Source of the DNA: the human T2T-CHM13v2.0 reference genome, Homo sapiens
Assembly: GCF_009914755.1 (NCBI RefSeq)
Contig: NC_060936.1
DNA: 64,000 nucleotides
Direction: 5' to 3' (one strand)
Under the pieces are notes generated by a model. The model was not told where the DNA came from and did not search any database. It saw only the letters and a list, made by a program, of their open reading frames with translations. Shown one piece after another: positions 15,411 to 35,319 of the stretch (positions within the stretch are counted from its first letter, which is position 1; each line of letters starts with the position of its first letter). The position numbers and the translations under genes are program-made.

Positions 15411-16531
15411 GCCCATAATCTTCACAAGAATCCTCCTTCTTGCTTTAAGCAGCCAGTTATTTTCTGTTGCTTGCCATCGAGCCCTCCTAACAGACACATA
15501 GAACAAAAGGAATTCATCAGGCCTGATCACAACCTGGAAACAATAGCCTCTGGATCATGAGGCCTTCGTGTTCTGAATCTGTATGTCCATACAATATCTT
15601 GATAACTCATTTGACTTACCCAGAGGAAAAAAGATCTAGAGAGTATATGAACAGGCATATACCATTAATCTAGGGAAAAGGTGTTCTGGAAAGCATATGA
15701 AAGTTTTCCTGCTACTGCATACTAATGAAAGAGCTTTCTGGAACAAATCTGACTTGTCCGAGTCTAGGCAGTATGAGTCAGTTCTCCCAGGGTCTGAGGT
15801 CATCCCTGGATGAGATAACAGCTCCGGACAGACAGAACTGGGAGGTCAGTTAGTACCGGGGAAATGCACCAAGGTTCCACAGCCCATGGAGTCTGGCTTG
15901 GTGAGTTTGCACATCTTATGCATCCTCCTTTAATGCTGGAGGGTAATCCTGAAGTCATCTAAGCCTCATGGTATTAATGAGGAAAGCTAGGCCTGAAGAA
16001 GTGAGGTGACCCACAGGACTGACCACAGCTCACACAGTTAGTATTTGGGATCCTTTGTAGGACCCAGATTGACAACTCAGGGTAGCCATGCCTCTGCATT
16101 TACCCGGTCAAGAACCAGTGTGTTTTCATTTTGGGGCCCTGGCAATAAACTCCAGCTACTACAAGCATGGGACAAAACATTAAGACAAACCAAACCATTT
16201 TTTTTATTCAATGCATGGTGGCCAAGGATCTAGCATATGATGGGAGATGGGGCTCGAAAAGTAAATTTGAACCAGGTGGTGAAAGGCCTTGAATGTCTTG
16301 TTGTAGGACGTGGACTTGCCCTTAGGAGCTAGGAACCTTGAAGATTTTTAAGCAAGGGAAATGATGCGATCATATCTGTGTTTTAGAGAACCAAATCTGA
16401 TGGGAAAGGGGAGGAGCAGAAGGTGCCAAAGCAGGATTAGAATGTATATAAACAGTTCAGGTGAGGATGATGAAGGCTTGAACTAGGGCAATGGAAGGAG
16501 AGAGGAAGGAAAACATTTAAAAAACACTGCA

Positions 16532-16981
<450 letters not shown>

Positions 16982-17283
16982 AGACACTGTAGTAATATCA
17001 ATCAATAGGCCTTGGGGAAGGAGAAGAGAGAGGGATCTAGTCTGGCTCTACCAAGTAGATGAGGCAAAGGAGGACCAAAGAAGTCGTAGCGGGAGTAAGA
17101 GGAATCTGGACAGGCTGACGGATTTAGTTTTAGCCTAGTTTAGTCCCAGTTGTCAGTGGAGCATTCACTGAGATGTGTTAACTCCTGGACCTACTGTACA
17201 ATTTGTAAAGCAGCCTCTGATACTACACACAGGGAGGAGGGGCTGTTTCTCAAAACCCTGTTAAGAATAAATGGTAGAAATTA

Positions 17284-17595
<312 letters not shown>

Positions 17596-18444
17596 GAAAT
17601 TGATTGGGGGATAACTAGGGCAGAGCAGAAAGAGGAAGGATGCACCAAGGACCGCAGGGGAGAACAGGTCAAAGCAAGTCAGAGACAGACAAGAGGCAGG
17701 AGTAACCAAACAGGAAGGAAGAACAAAGGCAAGAAAATGGGGAGGGAGAGACCAGAGTGGGAAAGGGCAGACTTGAGTGTTGAAAGTACATCTCTGTTGG
17801 GAGGGTACAACTCTTTTCAAGGTTTCTTTCCCCCACCTCTCTCTTGGAACTGCTTGCCTTCGTTATATCTGTGCAAAAGGGATGTATGCAAAGGAGCCTG
17901 CTGGATGGTGGTGGTGGGCTGTCTCCTGGCTCACTTGGAGTTTGTTCATCAATAGTCTTTAGGAAGACTGCTTCTGCCTTAAAAAAATGTTGGGAAAATG
18001 TGGAATGTGTATAAGAGGCACACATATCCAACCTCCCCCTGGTATTTTTCTTTATCATCTTCCTCCTCACCTTCCTTTCAGTTTCCCAAGTCAAAAGGGC
18101 AGAACTTCCTGTCTGAATTTTAAAGCCTCTGTTGCCTTGATTTTGTTCCTGACTCAATGGAGATGAATTCCGAGTTGAAGACAAACAATTGTGCCTTGTG
18201 AACAGTCGCCACGTCGAAAAGACTCAAGAGTACTTTTGCGGAAACCTGTCTCAGGAAAAATTCCCAGTGTGGGAGGGAAGGAGGGTGAACTCCATCCTGG
18301 AAGGAGGAATTCCAGTTGCTCTGAAAATGTAATTTTCTAAGTAAATTCATTAAAGTTGAAATGTCTAATAAGAAAGGGGAAGCAAAGTTGGTTGCAAAGG
18401 GAGAAATTGCATACTGCAAAGCCACAAATTCCTAAGCAGCAAAA

Positions 18445-18597
18445 TTTCTTTCTTTTTTTAATTTTTTCCAGAGACTAGCTTGAGTGCAATGGTGCAATCA
18501 TAGCTCACTGCAGCCTTGAACTCCTATACTCAAGTGATTCTCCCACCTCACCCTGCCTAGTAGCTGTGGCTATAGATGTGAGCCACCACACCCGGCT
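18445..18597 (-). mobile_element. Alu monomer/AluJ fragment
   Basis: GTGCAATCATAGCTCACTGCAGCCTTGAACTCC...GAGCCACCACACCCGGC. Confidence 0.8.
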
Positions 18598-19929
18598 TAA
18601 AATTTCTTGGTACTAGAAAAATTGCTCTCATACTGGCAATTTCACCCAGGATCATTGATCTCTTCTGAATGGTGAAAATTGACACCGAAGAGCTTTCTGT
18701 GTAAATTGCTGCACAGGGTATGCAGGTATACTGCATGCCCAGCCTTGTGCTTCTTGCCTGGTTGCAAAACCACTTGTATTTCCACCCTCTTGATTCCTAA
18801 ATTACTACACAAAAACAGAGTTCCTGAGTCTAGGAAGGGGGGAAAAATCCCCTGAAATTCTGTTCTCAGGGTAGAGTTTACCTCTCCTAATATAAAGATT
18901 GACACTCAGTAAGAAACATTCAAAGTAGCAGTCATGTTGGGACCAGCCTTTGTGATTGTTTTGCCAGCTCTGCAGAAATTATTTTTTAGGAAGAGTGATG
19001 CTCTCTTCTTCGTTCCTGCCCACAACAGCCACAAAATACAATATTCATTATCAACAACAAATATTTATTGCCTATTGTGTGCCATCCACTTGTGCTAGCC
19101 ACTGGTGTTTTTATTTTTTTTTAAAGTGAAAGTGATTTGAAATGAATTTTCTTCCCGATATTTGAAGTCCTCTAGAAATATTATAAGTTCAAAATTAGAT
19201 GTCATTGTCCCAGGATGAGATTTCTTTTGAATATGATAAATACTTCTTAAAGTAAAAATGTTTTAAGGATCCCTCTCCACAATATTTTTTTTAGAATCCT
19301 CTGATAAAATATTTATTTATGTAATGTCTTCTGGATTATGGTAAAAAAAATTGTTTTTAATATATTTAATTCAGTCAACAAATATTTGAAGGGTACACTA
19401 TGTATCAGGCACTAATCTGTATGCTGAATAATTCAGTGGTAAGCACTAATAATTATAGTCATAGATATTGAGAGCATTTCATGTACTCATTGTATTAAAC
19501 ATTATGTTAAGGGTTTTATATGTACAGTACTCATTAATTTATTCCTAAAACTCTATAATGTAGATGCCATTAATATTTATATAAATTACATATCATATAT
19601 CAATATAAACATTTTCTAAATGAGGAAATTAGGGCACAGAGAGGTTAAGGTACTTTCCCCAAGTCACACAGCTAGTTAATGATGGAGCTCAGATTTGAAT
19701 CTAGCCACCTAGGTCCAGAGCTCCAGCTCTTAAAAAACTGGAAACCCCCACCCTCGTGTAATTTACATTTCTCATAATTCAAGCATATGCTGGTACAGAT
19801 TCCTTTGCAAGCACACCATGGCCTCGGAGGAGTCTACAGCCCCCAGATTGAAGAAACCAATAGAATTGTAAAAATAAGCACTACACTTAGAGTTGGTCCA
19901 AAGACTTGAACTCAAAACCTCTACATATC

Positions 19930-20222
19930 GGCCAGGCACGGTGGCTCCCATCTATAATCCCAGCACTTCAGGAGGCCAAGGTGGGCAGATCACTTGAGGT
20001 CAGGAGTTTGAGACCAGCCTAGCCAATATGGTGAAATCCCGTCTCTACTAAAAATACAAAAATTAGCTGGGTGTGGTGGTGCACACCTGTAATCCCTGCT
20101 ACTCGGGAGGCTGAGGAATGGGAATTGCTTGAAGCCAGGAGGCGAGATTATGGTGATCCAAGATCACACCTCTGCACTCCAGCCTGGGTGACAGAGTGAC
20201 TCTGTCTTAAAAAAAAAAAAAA
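19930..20222 (+). mobile_element. AluS
   Basis: Dimer with A tail; TSD core TCTACA(T/A)ATC. Confidence 0.95.
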
Positions 20223-21141
20223 GTCTACAAATCATTTAGCCTTTTTGAGATTTAGCTTTCTCATCTCTAAGTTGCGGATCATACCCCTAAGTGAAGTATA
20301 CTTGAGTTGATGTATGTGAATTTTCCATATACCTAAAGGTCTTGCTGTGCCTTTAATTGCTTCTGTGTTTGAGGGTGACCCATAATGCTGTTTATTGGCC
20401 TGGATGAACCACCGCTGAGTTGGTAAAGCTCCACAAGGAGCTAGAGTACCCTGAGTAGCCCCAGCTCTCTGTGATCGCCATGCTGAGAGCCTCCAGTCCT
20501 CCTTCATCCAAGCTTCAGCCATGTGACTCTAGGAGACTTTCAGCAAATACCATACTCTGCTCACACAGGATTGCTTTTCAGTGGGAAGAGATGCTAGGTT
20601 CCAAGATGCTCAACATTTAATATAATTAGAGCCGAACTATCAGCTTCACCCTAGTTAACACTCATGTTAATAAGAAATGGTCCATAGATCAGTACAAAAT
20701 TGAGTGAAGTTTTAGACAGTATCCACATAGGACTTGGAAATGTTTTTATCACTATTAACAGCCTGACAGTCACTGTAGATGATAGAATACCCCTTGTCAC
20801 CTATTAATATGGACTTGGAAGGTAGAGGACTTTTTTAAAAAGTCTACAAACCTTTATTTTTATGAAACTAGTCATATTTCAAAATGGAATTATATCAAGA
20901 GTGTTTTGCCATCCTTCTACAGTCTTAAAAATTATTTTGATGCCAGGAAAGACTGAGTAATGTCATTGTTAAGGTCAGACAGACTGGTCTTGATTCCTTG
21001 TTCTCCATTTTCTAGTTGTGTGTGTCAGACAAGTTACACACCTCCATGAGCCTCAGCTTCCTCCTCTGTGAAATGGGGAAATAATATTTACATTGCAAAG
21101 TTAGGAGGATTTGAAATGACACAGATAAAGAACCCAGTGCT

Positions 21142-21486
<345 letters not shown>

Positions 21487-21747
21487 CTATTTCCAGCTTT
21501 AGGGGAAAAAGATCAAGATTTTCCTTTTTTTCCCAGATACCCCTAATTATATCTAGACTGCTTCTGTTAGGTTCCTGCTACAAGCAGTTCATACTCTGTT
21601 TCATAGCATGACACTCGCATTTCATACACTTGAGTAATGCCTGGGCATATTTTAAAGGAAAAGAAAAGGCATTTAAGGGTTGGTTTAAATTACATGTTGC
21701 CCAAACGTACGTAAACATAAAATTAGACCTAAACTCCTATGCAACTA

Positions 21748-22074
<327 letters not shown>

Positions 22075-22887
22075 TTAATAAAACAAAACAAAAACCTATG
22101 CATAACAAGCACAAATCAGAACAACAGCATTGACGTGAGAAATGGCGTTTGCATTAATGGTGACCACAAGGAGAGTATGCTGTGACCTCCCTGGTGCCCC
22201 TAACTTTTCTTGTTTGTACAGCGCTCCATGATGTCATTTGGCATTCACAGGCATCATGTGTGAATCACTTAGGAATTAAGTCCACCCATGTACCTTTCTC
22301 ATTAGCTCGAGATAACTACAGTGGCACCACTTTGTGCCAATAGGACAGTGAATTGAAACAGAGACTTCGACCTGAAAATCTCACACTGTACCTGCTTATG
22401 GGATATGTGATCATAGGTGAGCCAGCATGTGCAAATATTAACTTTTTAAGGCTATCATTGAAATGAATACAAAAAATCACAAAATTTAAAAATTACCTTG
22501 GCCAACTCTTAGACCTACAGGGATCTACAGGCCTTGGTTTAGGAACATGGTTGTGACCATTAGGCCTGTGAGCTTTGCCATCAATCTGGGTTCAAATCCA
22601 GTGCTATCGTGTGGACTCTGTGTGATCTTGGAGGGATTCACTTAGTCATTCAACAAACATGTAGTGGGCACCTACTATGTTCCAGGCGCTTTTCTAGGCA
22701 CTGGGAATACAACTGGATACAAGACAGGCAAGGTTACTGCCCTCACAGAGGTTGCATTCTAAAATCTACTGAGATAAATCATTTAAACTCCTCCCCAAGC
22801 CTAAGCCTCTGTAGCTATAAAATGGGGATAATTGGACCTCACTGGAGGACCGCTGGAAAAATAGATGGAATGAGGCATGTTTAGAAG

Positions 22888-23108
22888 GTGTGCTGGATTT
22901 TCCTGTTTGTCCTTCTGGTTCTTTATCCATCCCTCAGGTGCAGGGAGGGAATCACTTCAGCTGCTGCTCGCTTAGGCTTCCCCCTCATCTCTTGCTGGTT
23001 CACCTTAACCCTGCCCACATCTTTGCAAATGGTCCCATGAATCCCTCTCCAGTCACTCCATTTGAGCATGCCATCAATTTCCTGCTGGGACTCTGCTTCT
23101 GAATCACA
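22888..23108 (+). mobile_element. LTR33-like ERVL LTR fragment
   Basis: TTAACCCTGCCCACATCTTTGCAAAT...TTTGAGCATGCCATCAATTTCCTGCTGGGAC. Confidence 0.6.
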
Positions 23109-23812
23109 CATAAAACAGGAATTTTATTTCACAAACTTCAAGGTGCAAGAAGGGTCACGTCATCTGTTTTTGTTGAATAAAATTAAATTTACCTCCAGTT
23201 TCCCATTCCATTGGGTTGGTGGGAAATACTGACCCCATTCTCTTGTCTAGGGTATTGCTAGAATAGGGAATGGTACTATTTTACCTAGAGCAACTCGCTG
23301 CTGCTGCCAATTTCCTCATGGTCCAAGCCCATATGCAGGTCAAGCTGCATGCCACACAACAGCATCTCCTCTACAGGGACACCATTCACAGCAGAGAACT
23401 AGACTGGGGTTGATGGGAGGGTACTGGTGGGCACGGAGGTCCCAGGCCTCTCACCCCATGTCCTAGAGCAGCGAGGTACACACAGCTATGCATACACTCA
23501 GTAAAGTACATGCGCACACACACTTGCAGGATACGGGACTATGCCCTGCCCCACCTCGCTTCAGCGGTCATGTCCTTTTTCCCCATTCACAGCTTTTAGA
23601 GACCTCATTCCCATGTGTCCCTCCCTCTAAACCTGAAAGGGCCTCTTTACCTACCAGTATCACATGTCCAGGTATACACTTTGCGTGTGAATAGGAGAGC
23701 ATCTCAGCTCAAAAGCATGGGATCAGGGCTGCATCCCTGCAAAGGTTCTGGAGAGACCCCCCCCCGACCCCCACCACCCCGCCGTGGGACCTGTTCCAAT
23801 TGTATGGTAATT

Positions 23813-24535
<723 letters not shown>

Positions 24536-25264
24536 GAAATATACTAACCTAACAATAAATTATTTAAATAAGGAAGAGGGTACCTATTTCTAATTAGCAC
24601 AAAGACACCATATGGGCTAGTGTGGCCCAGCTGGTGGCCCCTTAAACTCAGCCACTCCAGGGCTTCTGTGTCATGCTCAGGACAAATAATCCTCTACACG
24701 GGCTGGAAACGCAGGGCCTGAGCCCAGACTCCCCGGGGGCAGCAACAAACATTCCCTTCTGGGAATCTCACTGGGAGCTCAGCTGCAAAGGAGTGGGGCA
24801 GATATTCTCTCCACTACCAAAAGGACGTTCTGACCCTTGCCCCCTTTTAAGCCAGGGGAGTTTGCCCCATTCTCCCTCTCTCATGCTTTCCCCCATCCCC
24901 ACCACGAGGCCCAGCACAATCCATGAGTTTAGCTTTCTTAGAAAAGACAAGGCAGATAAGTTGTTTTCAGTCGACTTTGGCTTTTGGCTCTGCAACACCA
25001 ACCTCTCCTTACACAGGGACCGATGGCCTCAGACATCTTGGATTTTGAGATTGGGAGAGGAAAAATGCAATGAGAAAATTAGCTTCTCAGTGGTTCAACC
25101 TGCCAGACACAGAAAGGCTTTAGCACAGTGCCAGGCAGCGTGAGAGCTCAATAACATGGCCCATGACAATTAACATAATTATTACTCTCATTGTAATTAC
25201 ATAGGAAGCAGTGCTCAGAGTCTACGGTCTGAGGAAAAGGCACCAAGAAGCTGGTGTGTCCAAT

Positions 25265-25845
<581 letters not shown>

Positions 25846-26538
25846 GAGTTATAAGATTTTTGTAGCAGCTGACAATAGGGAATAAGTGAACATTCTAACT
25901 CCAAATAATACAATTCCCACCTCATTTCCTAGCCATGCCCTGGGCCCAGACTTGTTCCTATATCCACGACGAAGACCAAGGCTGCCCCCTTACAATTTCT
26001 ACAAGCAAGCCAAAAGCCAACAACTTTTGGAAATCTTGCGTGAATTTTCCCAAGTCAAAATCTTGATAATCCCCATTCATTCTGGACGGAAGAAACATCA
26101 CAGAGTAATGCCACCTTCTTGTGACTTTAGTTCGCAGCACTCCCTTTACCAAGTTTTATGTGTCATCTATATCAAAGTGGAATTAAAATCAACATTGTTT
26201 TTCTGCGTTGGTGCAGACTTTCATACCACCATCCCCCGATACCCTCCCAGCCGCAGCGAGGCTCCACTCAACCAGGCCTGGGAACTGCAGGTTCCACGCC
26301 TCTATTCAAGCTGCCAAACTCTGTGAAAGTCCTTTGAGCACAATTAGGATTTTTTACTAGATGCCTTAATGGTGTGCCCACAGGAAATGTGTACCTTGGC
26401 CCAGCCACCTTCTCACTGCAACTGGAATTGGCATTGCAGCCCCTGGAAAATGGGCACCTCTCATCTTTACAGTCGGCATGAATCGCCCCGTTCTGTGCAG
26501 GAGTGGGGCTTGCCTGCCTGAGACGCCTGCAGACATAA

Positions 26539-27056
<518 letters not shown>

Positions 27057-27790
27057 GTGTCTGTGGATTTTAAAGGCAGGCTTGGTGAGTGTGTGGGTTT
27101 TGATGAAATCTGCTGGTCTCTCCCTGTTTGAAGCCCTTCTCTGAGTCCCCATCACTTATGAGATACAGCACAAGCTTGTCTTCATAATTAACGAGGCCCA
27201 TTATGATCTAGGTTCCGCCTACATTGTCAGTCTCACCCTCCTCCCTTGTAACATTTGCGGCAGCAACACCGAGTGGCCAGTGGCCCCTCGAAACATGCTG
27301 TTTCACTCCTCCATGTATCTGCCTGCGCTGTTCCCGCCTGCTCGAGATGCCCTTCTCTCTCCGTCCACCAGAGAACTGTCCCTCCCCTAACACCCAGGCC
27401 AGCAGGCACCTGCTTCGGGTAGCTTTCTCCTCTTCCCTGTCTCCCGTGCTGTTTCAGCGCCCTCCCTCTTACAGATTTCTGTGTTTCACTCGTCTCCCTG
27501 TATTGCATTTTGTCTCCTTGCCTGTCTTTCTCCGTTAGGGCACTGTGAGATGGTTGAGGACTAGGGCTGTGTTTTTTCATCTGAACTGCCAGAACCAATC
27601 ACAGTGCGGGGCTCATAACCACCAATCAAAGCCCATTGTTGAATTGAAACGCGTAGAAAGAGCATCTGATGTGGCGCCGGGCATTTCCCACACTACACAT
27701 TCTCTTCTCAACAAAGTTTTGTCGAACTGACCTGAATCTTCCTGGCATTGGATGTAATTATGATTGGTGCATTTAAAGAAAAAGATGTAA

Positions 27791-28040
27791 GGCCAAGCGC
27801 CATGGCTTATGTCTGTAATACCAGCACTTTGGGAGGCCAAGGCAGGAGGATGACTTAAGGCCTTGTCTCTATAAAAAATAAATTAGTTGGGTGTGGTGGA
27901 GTGTGCCTATAGTCACAGCTACTCAAGAGGGTGAGGTGGGAGGATCGCTTGAGCCCAGGGGGTCAAGGCTACAGTGAGCAGTGTTCATGACACAGCATTC
28001 CAGCCTGGGTGACAGAGTGACACCCTGTCTAAAAAAAAAA
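27791..28040 (+). mobile_element. AluJ with left-arm internal deletion
   Basis: GGATGACTTAAGGCC joined directly to TTGTCTCTATAAAAAA. Confidence 0.9.
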
Positions 28041-28216
28041 AGAGAGAGAGACAAAGGTGTAGATTACCTAAGAAATACCTTGTGCCAAAGCTCTATAAAT
28101 GAAATGCAGCAAGGAGGTAGCAAGGGAGGAAGGGAGGAAAGGAAGAAAAGGAAACACACATGGAAACATTTATTGAGGGCCTGTCCTGTGGGCTCCAACT
28201 CGAAAAGACAACCTGA

Positions 28217-28649
<433 letters not shown>

Positions 28650-28763
28650 TGTGTCCCCTTGAAATTCCTATGTTGAAGCCCTAACCCCTAATGTGATGGC
28701 ATCAGGAGGAGGGGCCTTTGGAAGGGGAGTAAGCTTAGATGAGGTCATGAATTGGTGTCCTTA

Positions 28764-29255
<492 letters not shown>

Positions 29256-30643
29256 TTAAGACCCCCAGTGGATGGTATTTTGTGATCCCCACCAGGGCTG
29301 ACCGAGACATACTCCCTTACACTTTGCTCTCCTCTCAGGAGCCAGAGTCAGCTTTTACAAATGCAAGTGAGATCAAGCCATTCTGCCTTAACTTCCCCAT
29401 TGATTTCCCTTGAATATAACCCACCCTCCTTTCTTCAGCCTACAAAGACCTTCCGTGATCTGGCCGTCAGTCTCATTTTCAGAATTCTGTCTTAGTCTCT
29501 CTGTCTCTTGCTCAAATTCCACTTACATACACCTTCTTTCAGTCCTTTACAAGCTAAGACCTTATGCACCATTGTCCAAATGATATTCCTGCAGCCCTTT
29601 GGATGACTGGCCCTTAAAAGACACCTCCTCATTGAGGCCTTCCTTGACTGTTGTATCTAAAGTCACTCCACAGCCACTTTCCATCATGCCACCAGTTTTA
29701 TTTTCTCCATAGCACTTTTCAGGACCCAATACACCTTCTTGTCTATTTACTCATTCAGTCTCCATCTCCCCCAACTAGGCTCCTTGAGAACAGGAACCTC
29801 ACTTGTGTCGTTCACTACTCTATTCCCAGCACCTACAACAGAGCCTGGCTCAGGTGGTGTTTAGAAATGAGTGGTTCTTGAGTGACTAGACGCGCCTGGC
29901 ACTGGCTAGACATGTTCACAGGCAGTATTTTTATACCATCGTGTCCAGAAAGGTTTTCTGTAGAGAACTGTCGATGATTTCCAGGGTTTTGACATCCGTG
30001 GGGTGAATTCATTCATAATTAGTTTCTTTGAAGTAAAAGTGAATCAGTGTGTGACTTCATACCCAAGTCCACATCAAAGTGTTTATGGATGAATGCAAGG
30101 GCAGTGGAATTAATGCAACCTTAAAATGGGAGGTGTAGGAAGCTGCTACGTGAAGGGACGTGGTGGGTGGTGACAGGCCCCTGTCGAGGTCTGCATTCCA
30201 GCACTTGCCAGTCAATTGTGCTAAGGTTTAGCCACCTTAAAACCAGGGTCAGGCCTATCTGCCCACCCACTTTAAAGCCTGAAATGATGAATGAAATTTC
30301 TGAAACCCTGAGCTTCTCAGAAGCAAAGTTTAGCATGAAGGTTAAGGTGTGCTTTTAGGAGTGCATTGTCAAAGGGAATCTGAAATGTTCTTTGGCTTTG
30401 AAAAGAGCACTGGACTTGGAATCGGAGACCTAGGTTTCAGCCCAGATTCTAGTGCTCAGGCACTGTGTGACTTTGGGCAGGTCCCTTAACCTCACCTAAT
30501 CTCTCTTCTCCTCTGTAAAAAGTAATGCTTCCTCTTTCCCCTCAGAAGGTTGTCCTAAAAGTCAGAATTAGGATGATTCTCTGCAGGAAAGTGTAGAACT
30601 ATAAGGCACCGTATATTGTAGTTGGTTACTGTAATTATTATCA

Positions 30644-31006
<363 letters not shown>

Positions 31007-31054
31007 TCAAAACAGAAACTATTAATTATTAAAAATGATTAATCCAAACCCCTT

Positions 31055-31076
31055 TGTGTGATGTGATGTGATGTGA

Positions 31077-31104
<28 letters not shown>
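31055..31104 (+). repeat. Compound (TGATG)n-(TG)n microsatellite
   Basis: About four TGATG units then about 14 TG units. Confidence 0.95.
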
Positions 31105-31109
<5 letters not shown>

Positions 31110-32157
31110 ACTCGTATTATAAGGCTCCTGCTTTGGGTTGCTGCCCATTTACTTGAGGTAAGAATTGCCATACAACGTGAAAAGCTAACAACAGAATGAA
31201 GGACCAAGAGTCTTTTGAATAAAATGCTGTAGGAGGGGATGGTGGCCTGATGTATTGCAATAATCTCCTAACCAGCTTTCCTGCCTCGCTGGGCTCTCTC
31301 TTTCCCAAGCCACCCCATGTAGTGGCACCAGAGACCAAGCCTCCAACAAAAGGTAATGTAGCTAAGTGGTTAAAGAGGCAGACTTTGGAGCCAGATGATT
31401 GGGTACAAGACCCAACTATGCTGCCCAACTAGACAGTTATTTCTTTGTAAAATTAGGAAAGTGCCAGTTCCTTCCCCTGAGGGTTGCATGGAGGATTAAA
31501 AGAATTGGTCTGTATTAACTATATTTTATATGTATAGCTTATATATTTTATATATAAACACAAGCTATATTTTATACCTAGCTAATTAAGCTAAATATAA
31601 AAGTATACTTAGCACCCTGTCTGGCCCTTTATAAACATTGGCTATTATCATTAAGTTGCTCTTCTGGTCCTACGACTGGTCTACGCAACATTTTTTCATG
31701 AAGTCTCATTCCCTACCAAAGTAGGAAAAGCCCTAGCAAGTTGTCAAGCTCTCCCCGACTCCATCTTAGCAGCTCTGTCTGTTCCTCCCCTTCACTGCAG
31801 GCAAACAGAATGATCTGCTTTTCTTGACACTTTTTTTTGCCTTCAAGGCTCAACTCTGCTTCCCAAAGTTGGAAGTGCCTTCTCTTATCTTTGAACCCAC
31901 ATAGGGCTTTGTTGCTGTGTACAGCACTTCTCATTCTAGTTTGTGAGGTGGTTTTATCCTCCCCTGATGGACTGTAAGCTCTTGGATGGCAAAGATTGTA
32001 ATTTATTTGACTTGCATACTTTTTGCAAACAGGCCTTTTACCCATAACAGGTATTTAGTAAATGTTTGTTGAATGCATGGTGTGGTCAGAAATGGCATCA
32101 CAAAAGTGAGAGTTGAACTGTGCCTTGAAGGAAGAACAGGCTTTAAAAAATCATCAT

Positions 32158-33396
<1,239 letters not shown>

Positions 33397-34576
33397 CTAA
33401 GAGCACGCATCATGTAGCTAAACTAACTGGGTTCAAATCCCGAGTCTGACACTTCGTAGCTCTGTGACTTGGGACAAATTACTTAACCTCTCTGTTCTTC
33501 CATTTTCTCTTCATTAAATAGGGATGATAAAAAACAAAAAACAAAAACAAACAAGCAAACAAAAAAAACCCTTCTTCCTGGTGTTACATTGTGAAGATTG
33601 TCACATGAACTTAGCGGCATCCTTGGCACTTCGTAAGTGCTCAATGAACAATAGCCATTACTACTACTATCACACAGATAATGAATGCTTCTTATAAGAA
33701 GTCCAGCAAGACACTAGAAAGTGGAAGAGTTCCTCCCTGCACCCCGGCAATCTTACCCCCATAGACAGAGCCACTACTATGGGCTTAGTGAATATCCTTC
33801 CAGAAGTTTTATGAATATAATATATATTTAGTAACATAAACAGAGTCATACCACATATACCATTCAATTATGAAAGCCACTGAGGGATGCAGGCTGATGG
33901 AACTGTTGCCCTCTCCAACTGCACCGGCCATTAAATGCTTCAGCCTGCAAGTGATACACTTCACTGGCTTTCACAACTCATTGGCCAGAACTAGTCACTT
34001 AACCCCAACCAACCCCCCAAGGTGGGCGAGAGGTGTAACCCTGTCATATGCCAAAAGGAAGGGCACATCTAAAATCTAAATCTAAATCTAAAATCATCTA
34101 AAATATTCTGAGAAAAACCCACAATAACTAAGAGAGAGAAGGGCCAAATGTTGTTGTAGCCAATGTTGCTTCAAAATATTGGGCTAAAGGCAGGGTTTGA
34201 ATGTGCTTGGAAGCAGCCTGGTTCAATGGGTCAGGGCATTTTGATAAGGGTTACAGGTAAGGTAGAATGTGGTGGAATAGTGTGAAAAGCTTTCAAAAAC
34301 AGTGAAAATCTGTCCAAGAAAATCTGCATAGGAGCTTTACTCTCCTTCTACTTCTTCTCAATTTTATTTTCCCTGGGTCCTTAGACCTTCTTTGGGGCTC
34401 ATGTAAAGTGCATTCAGGCTCTAACAGATTCCCTATTCAAGAGGTTTCCCAGGGCAGAAAACAATAACAATGGTGACCATAATAATAATGATGGCAAACT
34501 CTCTGGCAGTACCTTCTATGTGACAGTGTTTTCTGTATATGAACTCACCTATCCTCACACCAACCCTATAAGGTAG

Positions 34577-35065
<489 letters not shown>

Positions 35066-35319
35066 TGAGGACATTAAGGCACAAAAAGGTTAAATCACTT
35101 GTTCCAAGTTTACCTGGGATTAGAAGCCAGGCATTAAGATTCCAAAGATGGATATAATTGCTAGGGCAATTGGTAGAAGAAATGTTCCAGGACCTTCCCC
35201 TCCCCTCAACCTTAAACCCCTAGCTACCATAATTTACCACAAAAGCCTCTCTATTTTAATAAAAATTTTCCAGCCCTATCCTATGCCCCATTAATTTTAG
35301 CCAGTATTCAATGCAGAGA

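Noticed and set aside
17669-18184. 171-aa ORF; similarly 24673-25143, 25886-26326 and 60235-60729
   Set aside because: No recognisable domain or exon context, several use non-ATG starts, and such lengths occur by chance in 64 kb
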